Source: Thermotogaceae bacterium (GTDB taxonomy: Bacteria > Thermotogota > Thermotogae > B21-G9 > HyVt-16). Taken from it: 64,000 bases of DNA. Positions 42,023 through 51,086 of this stretch are shown here, piece after piece; position 1 is the stretch's first letter; every line of letters starts with the position of its first letter. The notes below the pieces were generated by a model. The model had not been told where the DNA came from, did not search any database, and saw nothing but the letters and a program-made list of their open reading frames with translations. A program made the position numbers and the translations under genes. The DNA lies in the NCBI GenBank assembly GCA_029981435.1, contig JARRBB010000003.1:15603-79602 (forward strand), written 5' to 3'.

Positions 42023-44218
42023 ATGAGAATAAAGGCAATAGTATTTGCGATCGTTTTTCTACTGTGCTCAATTTCTTTTTCAAGAACATTGTTGTTATTC
42101 AAAGGCTCAGAAAAAGGTTATGGAGAAAATATCTTAAAAAGCTTAGTTGTACCGGTTCTTGAAAAACTTGGTGAAAGTTATTCATTGAAAGATACTGAAA
42201 CAGACTTTGAGATAAATTTTCTGGACTATGATACAATAATAACCTGTTATTATTCTTCAAAGATGCAGAATGCCAAGGTTTACCTGAAAAAACTCTTCGA
42301 TTTTCTTTTGAATGGTGGAAAACTTTTTATAATCAACAATATTGGTGCAGCTTTAGACGAAAATGGCAATAATCCGAATTTATCACATTTGAATTCTATC
42401 TATAATCTGCTCGGTTTTTATTACAAATATAGCTGGCGAAAGGAAAAAATTAAATCTGTTAATATTGACAATGAATATCTTCTGAAACAGCCGATCATGG
42501 ATAATGAAAGAGGCATTGAAACATTTGAGATATTTTCTCCAAAAGTGAAAATAATAGAGGAAATAGAAACAGATACCGGAAGATATCCAACCGTTTTTCT
42601 CGGTGAAAAAGGTGGAATGATCTTGTACGATTATGCCTTTTCTGATGATGAAAGTTTGTTTCTGGATATTGGTAAGATCGTGGAAGAACTACTTTGCAGA
42701 CGTGGGAGTTTAGAAAATAAAGTGCTCATCATCGGTTATTCTCAGGATGTGAGAAAGACTTTTGAAAATTCGCTATTTGAAATTGAAAATAAGAACAATA
42801 TTGATTCAATTGATTCATTTGAATGTGAGAATTTCAAAGCAATAATATTAATTGATGATGCTTCTCCAACCGCTAATTCGAAAATTCAAAAATATCTTGA
42901 AAATGGTGGTACCGTAATCTGGATTGGTAATGGCTCTAAAGAAATATACGGAGAAATAGTATTCAAAAGTGATTTTTTGATGATTCCCAAGGATATTGTT
43001 TTTGACAAAAGAACAGTTAAATTCCAGCAAGCGACTAAAGGTTCCAAGGTCATAATACAGGTAAATGATACTGTAGTATCATGGATTTCAAAAGTTGGAA
43101 AAGGTAATATCTTTTTCTTTCCAAGATCTTTGCTTGGAAAAGTAACACGCGGAATTCTAATGAACGGACTATTGTTAGCATCGAATAGCATTATATGTCC
43201 GATTGTTAACAGTTATTCTGTGTTTCTTGACGATTTTCCACTTCCTTCGTACAACAGTGTAAAAGAAGAGATAATTAAGGAGTTTGGAAATATTGATACT
43301 TCTCAATTCTATTATCAGGTATGGTGGAAAGATATGAAAGAATTATCGAGAGAGTTGAATTTAAAATACACTGCTGCTCTGGTTACCACTTATAACTCAT
43401 CCAAATCGTTTCCCAATGATTTCAGTGATTTTCTGATATCCGTACCGTTGAGTTATTTGGAGATGCTTTTGAAATCTAGCGAAATAGAAATTGGAATACA
43501 TGGATACAATCATCTATCACCTATAAAAGATAACTGGACGAAAGAAGATCTTGTAAAATCTTATAAAGCCTTGAAGATATTTGTTGAAAATATCGCAGAA
43601 AATTACAAACCTCTATCATTCGTTGCTCCTAACAATAAGATAGATGATATGGGCTTTGAAGCACTTAGAAGTGCCTTTCCTTCCATAAAGCTCATAGGAA
43701 CCGCTTATTCAGGAAATGATGAATACAGTGAATTCGGTGTAAAGAATGGTGTTGTAATACTTCCAAGAACCACCTCGGGATATTATCCCATCGAAAAGCT
43801 TATATTATCTTCTATTTCAGCTGTTCTAAATATGGGAACTTTCCAGTATTTCGTTCATCCAGATGATTTGTTTTCAAATGATAGAAATCCTGAGAAATTG
43901 TCTTGGAAAGATATGAAAAAAAATTTCAAAGAATTTATAGAAACAATACAGCGATATTATCCATGGCTTAGAAATAATTATTCCTATGAAGCAGGTGTTA
44001 TTTTCAGAGATTATTTTACAAAAAGGCCGGATATAAGATATTCTCAGGATAGAATAGAAATTATTGTTGAACCGGAAACAAGATTACCAAGATACTTTTT
44101 CTTGAAAACAAATAAAAATTTTAACATTATTGGAGGTAAGATAATATATAATTATAAAAATAATGTATATGTTGTTGAAATGTTTGAAACACCAATGATT
44201 ATTCAGGAGTATGATTAA
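42023..44218 (+). CDS. secreted DUF2194-like protein with CE4-type polysaccharide deacetylase motifs (PelA deacetylase-domain analogue)
   Basis: Start moved to the ATG at 42023, because the track's ORF begins inside the tRNA. Signal peptide MRIKAIVFAIVFLLCSISFS. In the C-terminal half: FLDDFP (43229-43234 encodes DD), HGYNH (43499-43513), FVAPNN, FVHPDD. First gene of the pelG/pelD cluster. Confidence 0.6.
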   Translation: MRIKAIVFAIVFLLCSISFSRTLLLFKGSEKGYGENILKSLVVPVLEKLGESYSLKDTETDFEINFLDYDTIITCYYSSKMQNAKVYLKKLFDFLLNGGKLFIINNIGAALDENGNNPNLSHLNSIYNLLGFYYKYSWRKEKIKSVNIDNEYLLKQPIMDNERGIETFEIFSPKVKIIEEIETDTGRYPTVFLGEKGGMILYDYAFSDDESLFLDIGKIVEELLCRRGSLENKVLIIGYSQDVRKTFENSLFEIENKNNIDSIDSFECENFKAIILIDDASPTANSKIQKYLENGGTVIWIGNGSKEIYGEIVFKSDFLMIPKDIVFDKRTVKFQQATKGSKVIIQVNDTVVSWISKVGKGNIFFFPRSLLGKVTRGILMNGLLLASNSIICPIVNSYSVFLDDFPLPSYNSVKEEIIKEFGNIDTSQFYYQVWWKDMKELSRELNLKYTAALVTTYNSSKSFPNDFSDFLISVPLSYLEMLLKSSEIEIGIHGYNHLSPIKDNWTKEDLVKSYKALKIFVENIAENYKPLSFVAPNNKIDDMGFEALRSAFPSIKLIGTAYSGNDEYSEFGVKNGVVILPRTTSGYYPIEKLILSSISAVLNMGTFQYFVHPDDLFSNDRNPEKLSWKDMKKNFKEFIETIQRYYPWLRNNYSYEAGVIFRDYFTKRPDIRYSQDRIEIIVEPETRLPRYFFLKTNKNFNIIGGKIIYNYKNNVYVVEMFETPMIIQEYD

Positions 44219-45604
44219 ATGGCTGGTATAGGTTTTAAATTAAAAAGAATACTTTCAAAGGAATTTTTCTTAACTGATTTAACTACATTTCTCTATTCAG
44301 TTCTTATAACCGCTGGGCCTTGGGTTATTTCGTCAATATCGTTACTTATAATTTTCAAGTTTATAGGTGTTGAAGATAGATTCTTTGTTGGTAGTACTGC
44401 TTATTCATTTATATTTTCCATGGTACTCTCTGGTGGGTTCAGTTTTTTGATCATAAGAGTTGTTGCTGATCTGACATATGAAAAGAAATATGCCGAAATA
44501 TATCGCAATTATTCTGGAGCAATCATATTGATCTTTATTATTTCAGCGATTTTATCAGCCCTATTCTTTACAATAAACGATGATTATACTTTTCAACAAA
44601 AGTTTCTGGCGTCATATCTTTTTGTAGTTTTATCTTTGATTTGGACTCAAACAATTTTCTTATCTGCAACTGAGGATTACAGACCAGCTGTTTTTTCTTT
44701 CGTTTCTGGTTTTTCAATAGCAGTTCTTTTAGCTTATTTTTTAAAGAAGCTCGACAATGGCACACTCATTTCTTTTGATGTTGGTATGGGGTTCATCCTG
44801 TTTTTGCAGAATATCTACATTGTTAAATCCTTTAAACGTTCTGGAAAACCGAGTTTTTATTTTTTAAAAAACTTGAGAAAATATCCACAGAATCTTTTTA
44901 TAGGCTTTCTCTATTATTTTTCCGTCTGGATAGACGATATAATTGCCTGGTTTAAATCAGGTGAAATCCTATTACCTGGTTTCAGATTTTCTTCAATGTA
45001 TGATTTGCCAATGTTTGTAGCGTATTTATTCATTATTCCAGCCCTTTCAATGTTTGTATTACAAATAGAAACAGAATTTTATCTTGAATACAGAAGATTT
45101 TTCATGAATTTGGAACAAAATAAACCTCTTAGAAATATTGTGCTTCAGAAAAAACGTATGAAGGATTCTCTTTTGTATTCGATAAAAAACATTCTGATAG
45201 TTCAACTTTCTGCAGCTTTCATAGGATTGCTTTTAAGTTCAATAATAGGTGAAAATTTAGGTTTTTCAAATGTTTCGTTATATATTTTCAGGTTAGGTAT
45301 TATCGGTGCGAGTTTTAATTCTTTATTTTTGACACTGATTCTGATAAATCTATATTTTGATTTTAGAGATATAGTTCTCGAAAGTGTTGTTTTGACTTTT
45401 GGAACAAACTTTATTGTTTCCATGATAACCTTTGAAGAGGTTCCTGGCTTAGGTTTTGTTCTTGCGTTCTTTTTAGGGACATTGTATATCTTTTTAAGAT
45501 TCTATAGAAGATATAAGGAACTTATATTCTATGTTTATATAACACAGCCAACAAATCTTCCAAAATCGAAAAAGAAAATTCTGAAGTTAGGTGAGGAGGC
45601 ATAA
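44219..45604 (+). CDS. pelG: exopolysaccharide Pel export/polymerisation membrane protein PelG
   Basis: N-terminus MAGIGFKLKRILSKE....GPWVISSISLL and internal MYDLPMFVAYLFIIPALSMFVLQIETEFYLEYRRFF match the PelG hallmark blocks as I recall them from Pseudomonas PelG. About 12 TM helices, 461 aa. Confidence 0.85.
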   Translation: MAGIGFKLKRILSKEFFLTDLTTFLYSVLITAGPWVISSISLLIIFKFIGVEDRFFVGSTAYSFIFSMVLSGGFSFLIIRVVADLTYEKKYAEIYRNYSGAIILIFIISAILSALFFTINDDYTFQQKFLASYLFVVLSLIWTQTIFLSATEDYRPAVFSFVSGFSIAVLLAYFLKKLDNGTLISFDVGMGFILFLQNIYIVKSFKRSGKPSFYFLKNLRKYPQNLFIGFLYYFSVWIDDIIAWFKSGEILLPGFRFSSMYDLPMFVAYLFIIPALSMFVLQIETEFYLEYRRFFMNLEQNKPLRNIVLQKKRMKDSLLYSIKNILIVQLSAAFIGLLLSSIIGENLGFSNVSLYIFRLGIIGASFNSLFLTLILINLYFDFRDIVLESVVLTFGTNFIVSMITFEEVPGLGFVLAFFLGTLYIFLRFYRRYKELIFYVYITQPTNLPKSKKKILKLGEEA

Positions 45605-46803
45605 TGAAAAAGATTTTTATAACCTTATTAGAGATTGTTTTTATTTATCTGTTTATATTTTTTATCGATATAATTACACAATCAAATATTTTTCAAACTT
45701 TTTCGTTCAATATCTACTGGATCCCTTTACTTTTTTACTCTATTAGAGGCGGTCTTGTAAGTTTTTTAGCATCTATCTCATCTTACATCATTGTGGTCAT
45801 ACTTTCTTCCTTTTTACAGAAAAGCGGTTTTTCAGCTGGATTTCTTATCGGAAGCGCAATAACGATGGGGTTAGCTACTTTGTTTAGATTAATGTTCGAG
45901 GTGCGAAGACACAAGATAGAGGAGCTTAAGCTGGACCTCGAAGAAAAAGAAGAAGATATAAAAAAACTTGAAGCAAACATTGAGGATTTGAAAGCATTGA
46001 TAGAATCTTTGAAAAAAAGATTGATTTATGAAGGTGAAGGATTATCTGCACTTTTTTCGAGGTTAAGAGATTTACCGCTGGATGATCCTGAGGTTTTGCT
46101 TTATGAATTTCTGCGGGTTATATCTGAATTTTTTGAGATCGATAAAATGTCCATCTACAAATATAAAAATGGTTTTTTCAGATTTGTTGCTGGTAAAGGC
46201 TTACCGATCCTTGGTTTTACATTTAGAGAGGAAGATTCTGTGGTTGTTAGAAGAGCTCTTGAAATAGGTTATGCTAAGATAACCGATGTTATTTTGGAAA
46301 GTGAAATACAAAAGTTGGAGCCCTGGTTAGTAGCGTTAATAGGTCCTAAAGAAGATCCTTATGGCGTACTGATTGTTGAGGAAATAGCACCTGAGAAGTT
46401 GTCATCTACTTATGAAAAATATCTTTGGTCTTTGGGCGGATGGTTGCATGGTGTTATGAAACGTTTTGATAGATTTGCGAAAGCAGAGAAAGAAAGACAT
46501 TTGGTTGGATACAAATTATTTGACTTTGAGTATTACGAGGAGATTAAAGAAGATTTCAGAAAGTCCTTTGAAGAATTTGGTATACCTTTTTCTGAGATAT
46601 GTGTGTGTGTCTATAAGGATCTTCTTGGCGAATTTTTAGATAACTTTAGAGAAGACGATGTGGCAACTAAAATAAATGAAACCAGTGATAAAGTATGTAT
46701 AAGTGTCCTTTTAGCGGCATGTGATTCAGGTGGTAAAATTGCTATTTTAGAGAGGCTAAAGAAAAAATATGGCGAGAAGATCGGTTTTTGTCAACACAAT
46801 TAA
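45604..46803 (+). CDS. pelD: PelD-like c-di-GMP receptor (4 TM, coiled coil, GAF, degenerate GGDEF with retained I-site)
   Basis: Four N-terminal TM helices and a coiled coil (residues 100-140). GAF-like core (MSIYKYKNGFFRFVAGKG..VALIGPKEDPYGVLIVEE). C-terminal REDD-x5-NETSD (46648-46689) has the RxxD-x5-GGDEF geometry. ATGA overlap with pelG. Confidence 0.6.
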   Translation: MKKIFITLLEIVFIYLFIFFIDIITQSNIFQTFSFNIYWIPLLFYSIRGGLVSFLASISSYIIVVILSSFLQKSGFSAGFLIGSAITMGLATLFRLMFEVRRHKIEELKLDLEEKEEDIKKLEANIEDLKALIESLKKRLIYEGEGLSALFSRLRDLPLDDPEVLLYEFLRVISEFFEIDKMSIYKYKNGFFRFVAGKGLPILGFTFREEDSVVVRRALEIGYAKITDVILESEIQKLEPWLVALIGPKEDPYGVLIVEEIAPEKLSSTYEKYLWSLGGWLHGVMKRFDRFAKAEKERHLVGYKLFDFEYYEEIKEDFRKSFEEFGIPFSEICVCVYKDLLGEFLDNFREDDVATKINETSDKVCISVLLAACDSGGKIAILERLKKKYGEKIGFCQHN

Positions 46804-47590
46804 TTTGATTAATTTGATTATAGGAATACTCAACTGTTTGTTTCTGATCTTAATATTTAAGAGTCTGTCGTTTTTTGTGTTTGTAGTTATAATCAATCTT
46901 TTGATATTTTTAATTGTAAATCGTGATGTAGGCCTTTTATTGATAGCTGTTTTGACATATCCAATAGGTTTAATGAATCTTTTAAAAGGTTCCGAGCAAT
47001 CTTTTCCAGATATCTTCGAAGTCGAACCCAAGGATTTTATGAATCAACCTGAAACTGTAGACATCGATGTTTTACCCTTGAAAAGTTATCTCATAGCGGG
47101 TACTCAAAGTGAAAAGAAAGTTTTGGTTCAATTAATAGTCGAGAGAATAAAGCAAAAAATCGATGTTGAAAATATGTTTGTTTTGCTCAGAAAACTGATA
47201 AATGACCCGCATCCAGATGTTGGATTATATGCTTCTGAAGTTATTGAAGAACTTGAAAATTATTATATAAGAAAGATGACGGAGAATTTTGACAACCCTG
47301 AGGTGTTTTGTGAAGCAGCTCTTGATTATATAAAGGCGGGTTTCGCATATGGAGAGTTACTAAACTATTACAAAAAAGCAGTTTTAGAGAAATTGGAAAG
47401 TATTGAGGGTTCAGAAAAATATTATCTTTTGAAATATAGATTACTTGAGGACAAGGAAATCTTGTATGAGGGTTTTGAAAAAACAAATTCTATTCAAATT
47501 ATCGATGAACTGATTAAAATAGAACTTAAAGAAAGAAATTTTGCAAAATTAAAAGAATTACTGGAACTTAGAAAAACCTTAAATACCTGA
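46769..47590 (+). CDS. PelE-like membrane protein with cytoplasmic helical-repeat domain
   Basis: Two or three N-terminal TM helices, then an all-helical, TPR/HEAT-like 190-aa domain. Assigned by position after pelD. Start at ATG 46769 or TTG 46805. Confidence 0.4.
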   Translation: MARRSVFVNTINLINLIIGILNCLFLILIFKSLSFFVFVVIINLLIFLIVNRDVGLLLIAVLTYPIGLMNLLKGSEQSFPDIFEVEPKDFMNQPETVDIDVLPLKSYLIAGTQSEKKVLVQLIVERIKQKIDVENMFVLLRKLINDPHPDVGLYASEVIEELENYYIRKMTENFDNPEVFCEAALDYIKAGFAYGELLNYYKKAVLEKLESIEGSEKYYLLKYRLLEDKEILYEGFEKTNSIQIIDELIKIELKERNFAKLKELLELRKTLNT

Positions 47591-47602
47591 ATCAACATTA
47601 TT

Positions 47603-47611
47603 TGATATAAT
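47603..47611 (+). promoter_or_regulatory. candidate extended -10 promoter (TGaTATAAT) for glgA
   Basis: TG at 47603-47604 and TATAAT at 47606-47611 in the 64-nt pelE-glgA spacer. An 8-bp hairpin TTGCCTTA/TAAGGCAA follows. Confidence 0.35.
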
Positions 47612-47657
47612 AAAAATTGCCTTATTAAACTAAGGCAAAAATCTGGAGGTGTAATTG

Positions 47658-49127
47658 ATGAAAATAGCTTTTTTTTCTTTTGAGGTTTATCCACTTGCAA
47701 AAGTTGGAGGACTTGCAGATGTGGTTGGAAGCCTTCCGAAGTTTTTAAAAAGAGAAGGTCAGGAAGTTTTTATAGTGATGCCTTTTCACAAGGTTGTTGA
47801 GAGAAATATCCAGAAATACAATTTGAAAGTTGAAAAAGTTCTGGATGCTTTTAAACCTTCTTTTGTTTCAACTAATCAGACTGCTGAAGTTTACAAGACA
47901 AACCTTCCCAACACAGATGTTGAAATTTACTTGGTAAAGAATGATTATTATTTTTCTGCTGAACAGGTATATTCTTCTCCTGATAGTGCTGAACAATCCA
48001 TATTTTTCTGTTCAGCAGGATTAGATGTTTTAAAGAAATTGGACAAAAAAGTTGATATCATTCATTCACATGATTGGCAGACTGCCTTGATTCCTGTATA
48101 TTTTAAAGCTAATTATAAAGAGGATCAGTTTTTTAAAGATACCGCTTCCGTCTTTACTATTCATAATCTTGGCTATCAGGGAATATTCGACAAAAAGTAC
48201 CTGGATTTTGCAGGCTTGCCCTGGTATTTGTACAACATAGATGCCTTGGAATTTTATGGTCAGCTCAATTTTCTAAAGGGTGGAATAGTTTTTAGTGATA
48301 TGATTACTACTGTTAGTCCTACATATTCTGAAGAAATTCGATCAGAAGAATATGGTGAAAAGTTACATGATGTCTTGAGAATCAGAGGAGATTCTCTGGT
48401 GGGGATTTTAAACGGTATAGACTATGAAGAATACAATCCGGAAACTGATAAAAGAATAAAGTATAATTACAACTCGAGTAATTTAGAAGGAAAATACAAA
48501 AACAAAACGGAACTTCAGAGGGAACTTGGACTGGAAGAGACTCTGGAAAAGCCTCTTTTTGGATTCATAGGAAGACTTGTTGATCAAAAAGGACTGGATC
48601 TTTTAAGTGAAATAATCGACTATCTTATAATGTATGATACTCAGTTTGTCCTTCTTGGTACTGGTGATCCAAAATACGAGAAGATATTTGAAGATCTGAA
48701 TAACAAATATCCCTCTAGAATGGCTGTTAAAATAACTTTTGACATCGAATTGGCTCAGAGAATATACGCTGGATGCGATATGTTCCTTATGCCTTCAAGA
48801 TATGAACCTTGTGGTCTTGGGCAAATGTACAGTCTACGGTATGGCACAATTCCGATCGTTCGTTATACTGGTGGATTGGCTGATACGGTTTTTGAGTACA
48901 ATCCCGAAAAAATGGAAGGCAATGGGTTTGGTTTTAAGGATTATAAAGCCTCAGATTTTTTAATGGCTTGTTCAAGAGGTATATATTTCTTTAAGAATGA
49001 AAAGAATCACTGGAGAAAGATCATCGAAAATGCTATGTCTACAGATGTTTCCTGGGATAAATCAGCAAGAGAATACATAAAGGTCTACAACGAAACAGTT
49101 AATAGAATAAGAAACGTTAATCATTGA
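47658..49127 (+). CDS. glgA: glycogen (starch) synthase, GT5
   Basis: N-terminal K-x-GGL motif (PLAKVGGLADVVGSLP). C-terminal MPSRYEPCGLGQMYSLRYGTIPIVRYTGGLADTV. The ATG lies 6 nt after GGAGGTG. Confidence 0.9.
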   Translation: MKIAFFSFEVYPLAKVGGLADVVGSLPKFLKREGQEVFIVMPFHKVVERNIQKYNLKVEKVLDAFKPSFVSTNQTAEVYKTNLPNTDVEIYLVKNDYYFSAEQVYSSPDSAEQSIFFCSAGLDVLKKLDKKVDIIHSHDWQTALIPVYFKANYKEDQFFKDTASVFTIHNLGYQGIFDKKYLDFAGLPWYLYNIDALEFYGQLNFLKGGIVFSDMITTVSPTYSEEIRSEEYGEKLHDVLRIRGDSLVGILNGIDYEEYNPETDKRIKYNYNSSNLEGKYKNKTELQRELGLEETLEKPLFGFIGRLVDQKGLDLLSEIIDYLIMYDTQFVLLGTGDPKYEKIFEDLNNKYPSRMAVKITFDIELAQRIYAGCDMFLMPSRYEPCGLGQMYSLRYGTIPIVRYTGGLADTVFEYNPEKMEGNGFGFKDYKASDFLMACSRGIYFFKNEKNHWRKIIENAMSTDVSWDKSAREYIKVYNETVNRIRNVNH

Positions 49128-49141
49128 GGAGGGTATTAAAT

Positions 49142-50140
49142 ATGCCGGAACTTCGTAAAGATCCTGTTATAAAACGCTGGGTTATAATAGCTACTGAACG
49201 TGCGAAAAGGCCAAAAGATTTTGCTCAGCAGGAAGAGGAGATAAAATCAACTTTCTGTCCTTTTGATTACGGTAATGAGCACCTTACTCCGCCTGAAGTA
49301 CTCGCTTTTAGACCAGCTGATACAGAGCCGAATACCCCTGGTTGGTGGATTAGGGTTGTTCCCAATAAATTTCCTGCCTTAGATCCCAACAGTAATTTAA
49401 AAAGATATGGTCAAGGGATGTACGATGCAATGAGTGGATTTGGGGCACATGAAGTTGTTATAGAAACTCCTGACCATAATACTACCCTTGCTTTGCTTCC
49501 AACAAAACAGGTTGAAGAAATTGTATGGGCATATAGACATAGGTACAATGAACTTTCGAAGGATCCGAGAGTAAAATACATTTTGATTTTCAGAAATCAT
49601 AAAAAGGATGCAGGCGCTTCACTTGCACATCCTCACAGTCAAATAATTGCAACGCCAATAGTACCAAAAAGAGCTCATGAAGAATTGAATGGTTCTAAAG
49701 AATACTATGAATACAAGGAAAGATGTGTTTTTTGCGATATGATAGATCAGGAAAAAGCAGATGACAAAAGGATTGTTGAAGAAAATGACGATTTTATATC
49801 CTTTGAACCTTTTGCAGCACGTTTCCCTTTTGAAACTTGGATTCTTCCCAAAGCTCACCAGAACAATTTTTCAGATATAACTGAAGAACAGGTAAAAGAA
49901 TTTGCACACATACTGAAAAATACACTTTTAAGAATTTACAAAGCACTTGATAATCCGCCATATAATTTTATGCTTCATACGTCACCTACATCTAACGATG
50001 GGAAACTGTATTATCACTGGCATCTTGAAATAGTTCCAAGGTTAACTAAGGTTGCAGGCTTTGAATGGGGATCTGGATTTTATATAAATCCTGTTCCACC
50101 TGAAGATGCTGCTAAATATCTCAGAGAAGTGGAACTCTAA
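49142..50140 (+). CDS. galT: GalT-family hexose-1-phosphate nucleotidyltransferase
   Basis: HIT-superfamily class I GalT fold with the active-site HPH (ASLAHPHSQIIATP). The ATG at 49142 sits behind GAGGAGGG. Confidence 0.8.
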   Translation: MPELRKDPVIKRWVIIATERAKRPKDFAQQEEEIKSTFCPFDYGNEHLTPPEVLAFRPADTEPNTPGWWIRVVPNKFPALDPNSNLKRYGQGMYDAMSGFGAHEVVIETPDHNTTLALLPTKQVEEIVWAYRHRYNELSKDPRVKYILIFRNHKKDAGASLAHPHSQIIATPIVPKRAHEELNGSKEYYEYKERCVFCDMIDQEKADDKRIVEENDDFISFEPFAARFPFETWILPKAHQNNFSDITEEQVKEFAHILKNTLLRIYKALDNPPYNFMLHTSPTSNDGKLYYHWHLEIVPRLTKVAGFEWGSGFYINPVPPEDAAKYLREVEL

Positions 50141-50142
50141 GT

Positions 50143-51036
50143 TTAGTTTTTTGAATACGGCTCAATGTGAATTTGAATATCTTTTATGTTCTTGATTTTC
50201 TCCATAATTTTGTCCTTTACTGTATGAGAAATTTCATGAGCTTCTTTTATGGAAAGATTGGGGTCCACAAGGATATGGAACTCACAGTAAATGTAGGGCC
50301 CCACATATCTTGCTTTTAAATTATGATATTCTATAACCTCTGGAATTGATTTTATGCTCTCTGCAATTGATTCCAAGGTTTTTTTATCTATTGCCATATC
50401 CATTAAGGCATTGGTATTTTTAACGATGAGTTTTATACCAATCCTCATTATTATTATCGATACAATTATTGCACTTACCGGGTCTGCAATCTTAAGGTTT
50501 GCAATCGTTGCGATTATCCCTATTAAGGCAGCTATGGAAGAGAATGAATCGGACCTGTGATGCCATGCGTTTGCAATAATCATTTCACTGTTAAACTCTT
50601 TTCCTATTTTTAAAGTTTTTCTGAAGATATACTCTTTTGAAATAACGGAGAACAGAGCTACTATAAACGCAAGCCACAGTTTTTCACGTTCGAGGTATTC
50701 TTTGGTTATAATTGAATTAAGCGCTTCGTAGATTAAAAAAGAGGCAGCTCCTATTAGTACTAATCCTACAATTATAGTAAAAAGGTTTTCGAATCTATAG
50801 TGACCATAATGATGGGTATCATCAGGTGGTTTGGAAGAGATTTTTATTCCAAGAAAAACAAAAGCGTCTGAAATAAAATCAGATAACGAATGTAAAGCAT
50901 CAGCTATTATTACTTGAGCCCCACTTAAAAAGCCAGCTAAAAATTTCAAAAAGACTAAAGCTACATTTAAAAGCAGACCTTCAAACGTTATTTTCTTTAA
51001 AGCTTCTTTCCTGCTTTCTTCTTCCAAAAAAGCCAC
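50143..51036 (-). CDS. cation diffusion facilitator (CDF) family metal efflux transporter
   Basis: 6 TM helices with HSLSDFISD on TM2 and HHRSD on TM5. C-terminal cytoplasmic metallochaperone-like domain. Confidence 0.85.
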   Translation of the reverse strand: MAFLEEESRKEALKKITFEGLLLNVALVFLKFLAGFLSGAQVIIADALHSLSDFISDAFVFLGIKISSKPPDDTHHYGHYRFENLFTIIVGLVLIGAASFLIYEALNSIITKEYLEREKLWLAFIVALFSVISKEYIFRKTLKIGKEFNSEMIIANAWHHRSDSFSSIAALIGIIATIANLKIADPVSAIIVSIIIMRIGIKLIVKNTNALMDMAIDKKTLESIAESIKSIPEVIEYHNLKARYVGPYIYCEFHILVDPNLSIKEAHEISHTVKDKIMEKIKNIKDIQIHIEPYSKN

Positions 51037-51086
51037 CTCTTCGTGTTATAATTTATTTGCTGTTTATTCAGAGGAGGTACACACAG

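Noticed and set aside
46600-46610. The (TG)5.5 dinucleotide run inside pelD (encodes ICVCVY), considered as a phase-variation tract.
   Set aside because: It is too short for efficient slipped-strand mispairing, and it encodes a plausible hydrophobic strand. It is most likely coincidental.
47618-47639. Hairpin TTGCCTTA-TTAAAC-TAAGGCAA between pelE and glgA, considered as a terminator.
   Set aside because: No T-tract follows it on the plus strand (AAAATCTGG). It may be a 5'-UTR structure of glgA or a weak minus-strand element, and it is not confidently a terminator.
47658-49127. GlgA acting as the missing PelF-type synthase of the Pel-like module.
   Set aside because: The protein has fully canonical GT5 glycogen-synthase motifs at both ends. 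It has its own extended -10 promoter and SD, and the glgA-galT pairing is, as I recall, also found in Thermotoga without reference to pel. The idea is kept only as a low-probability caveat in the findings.
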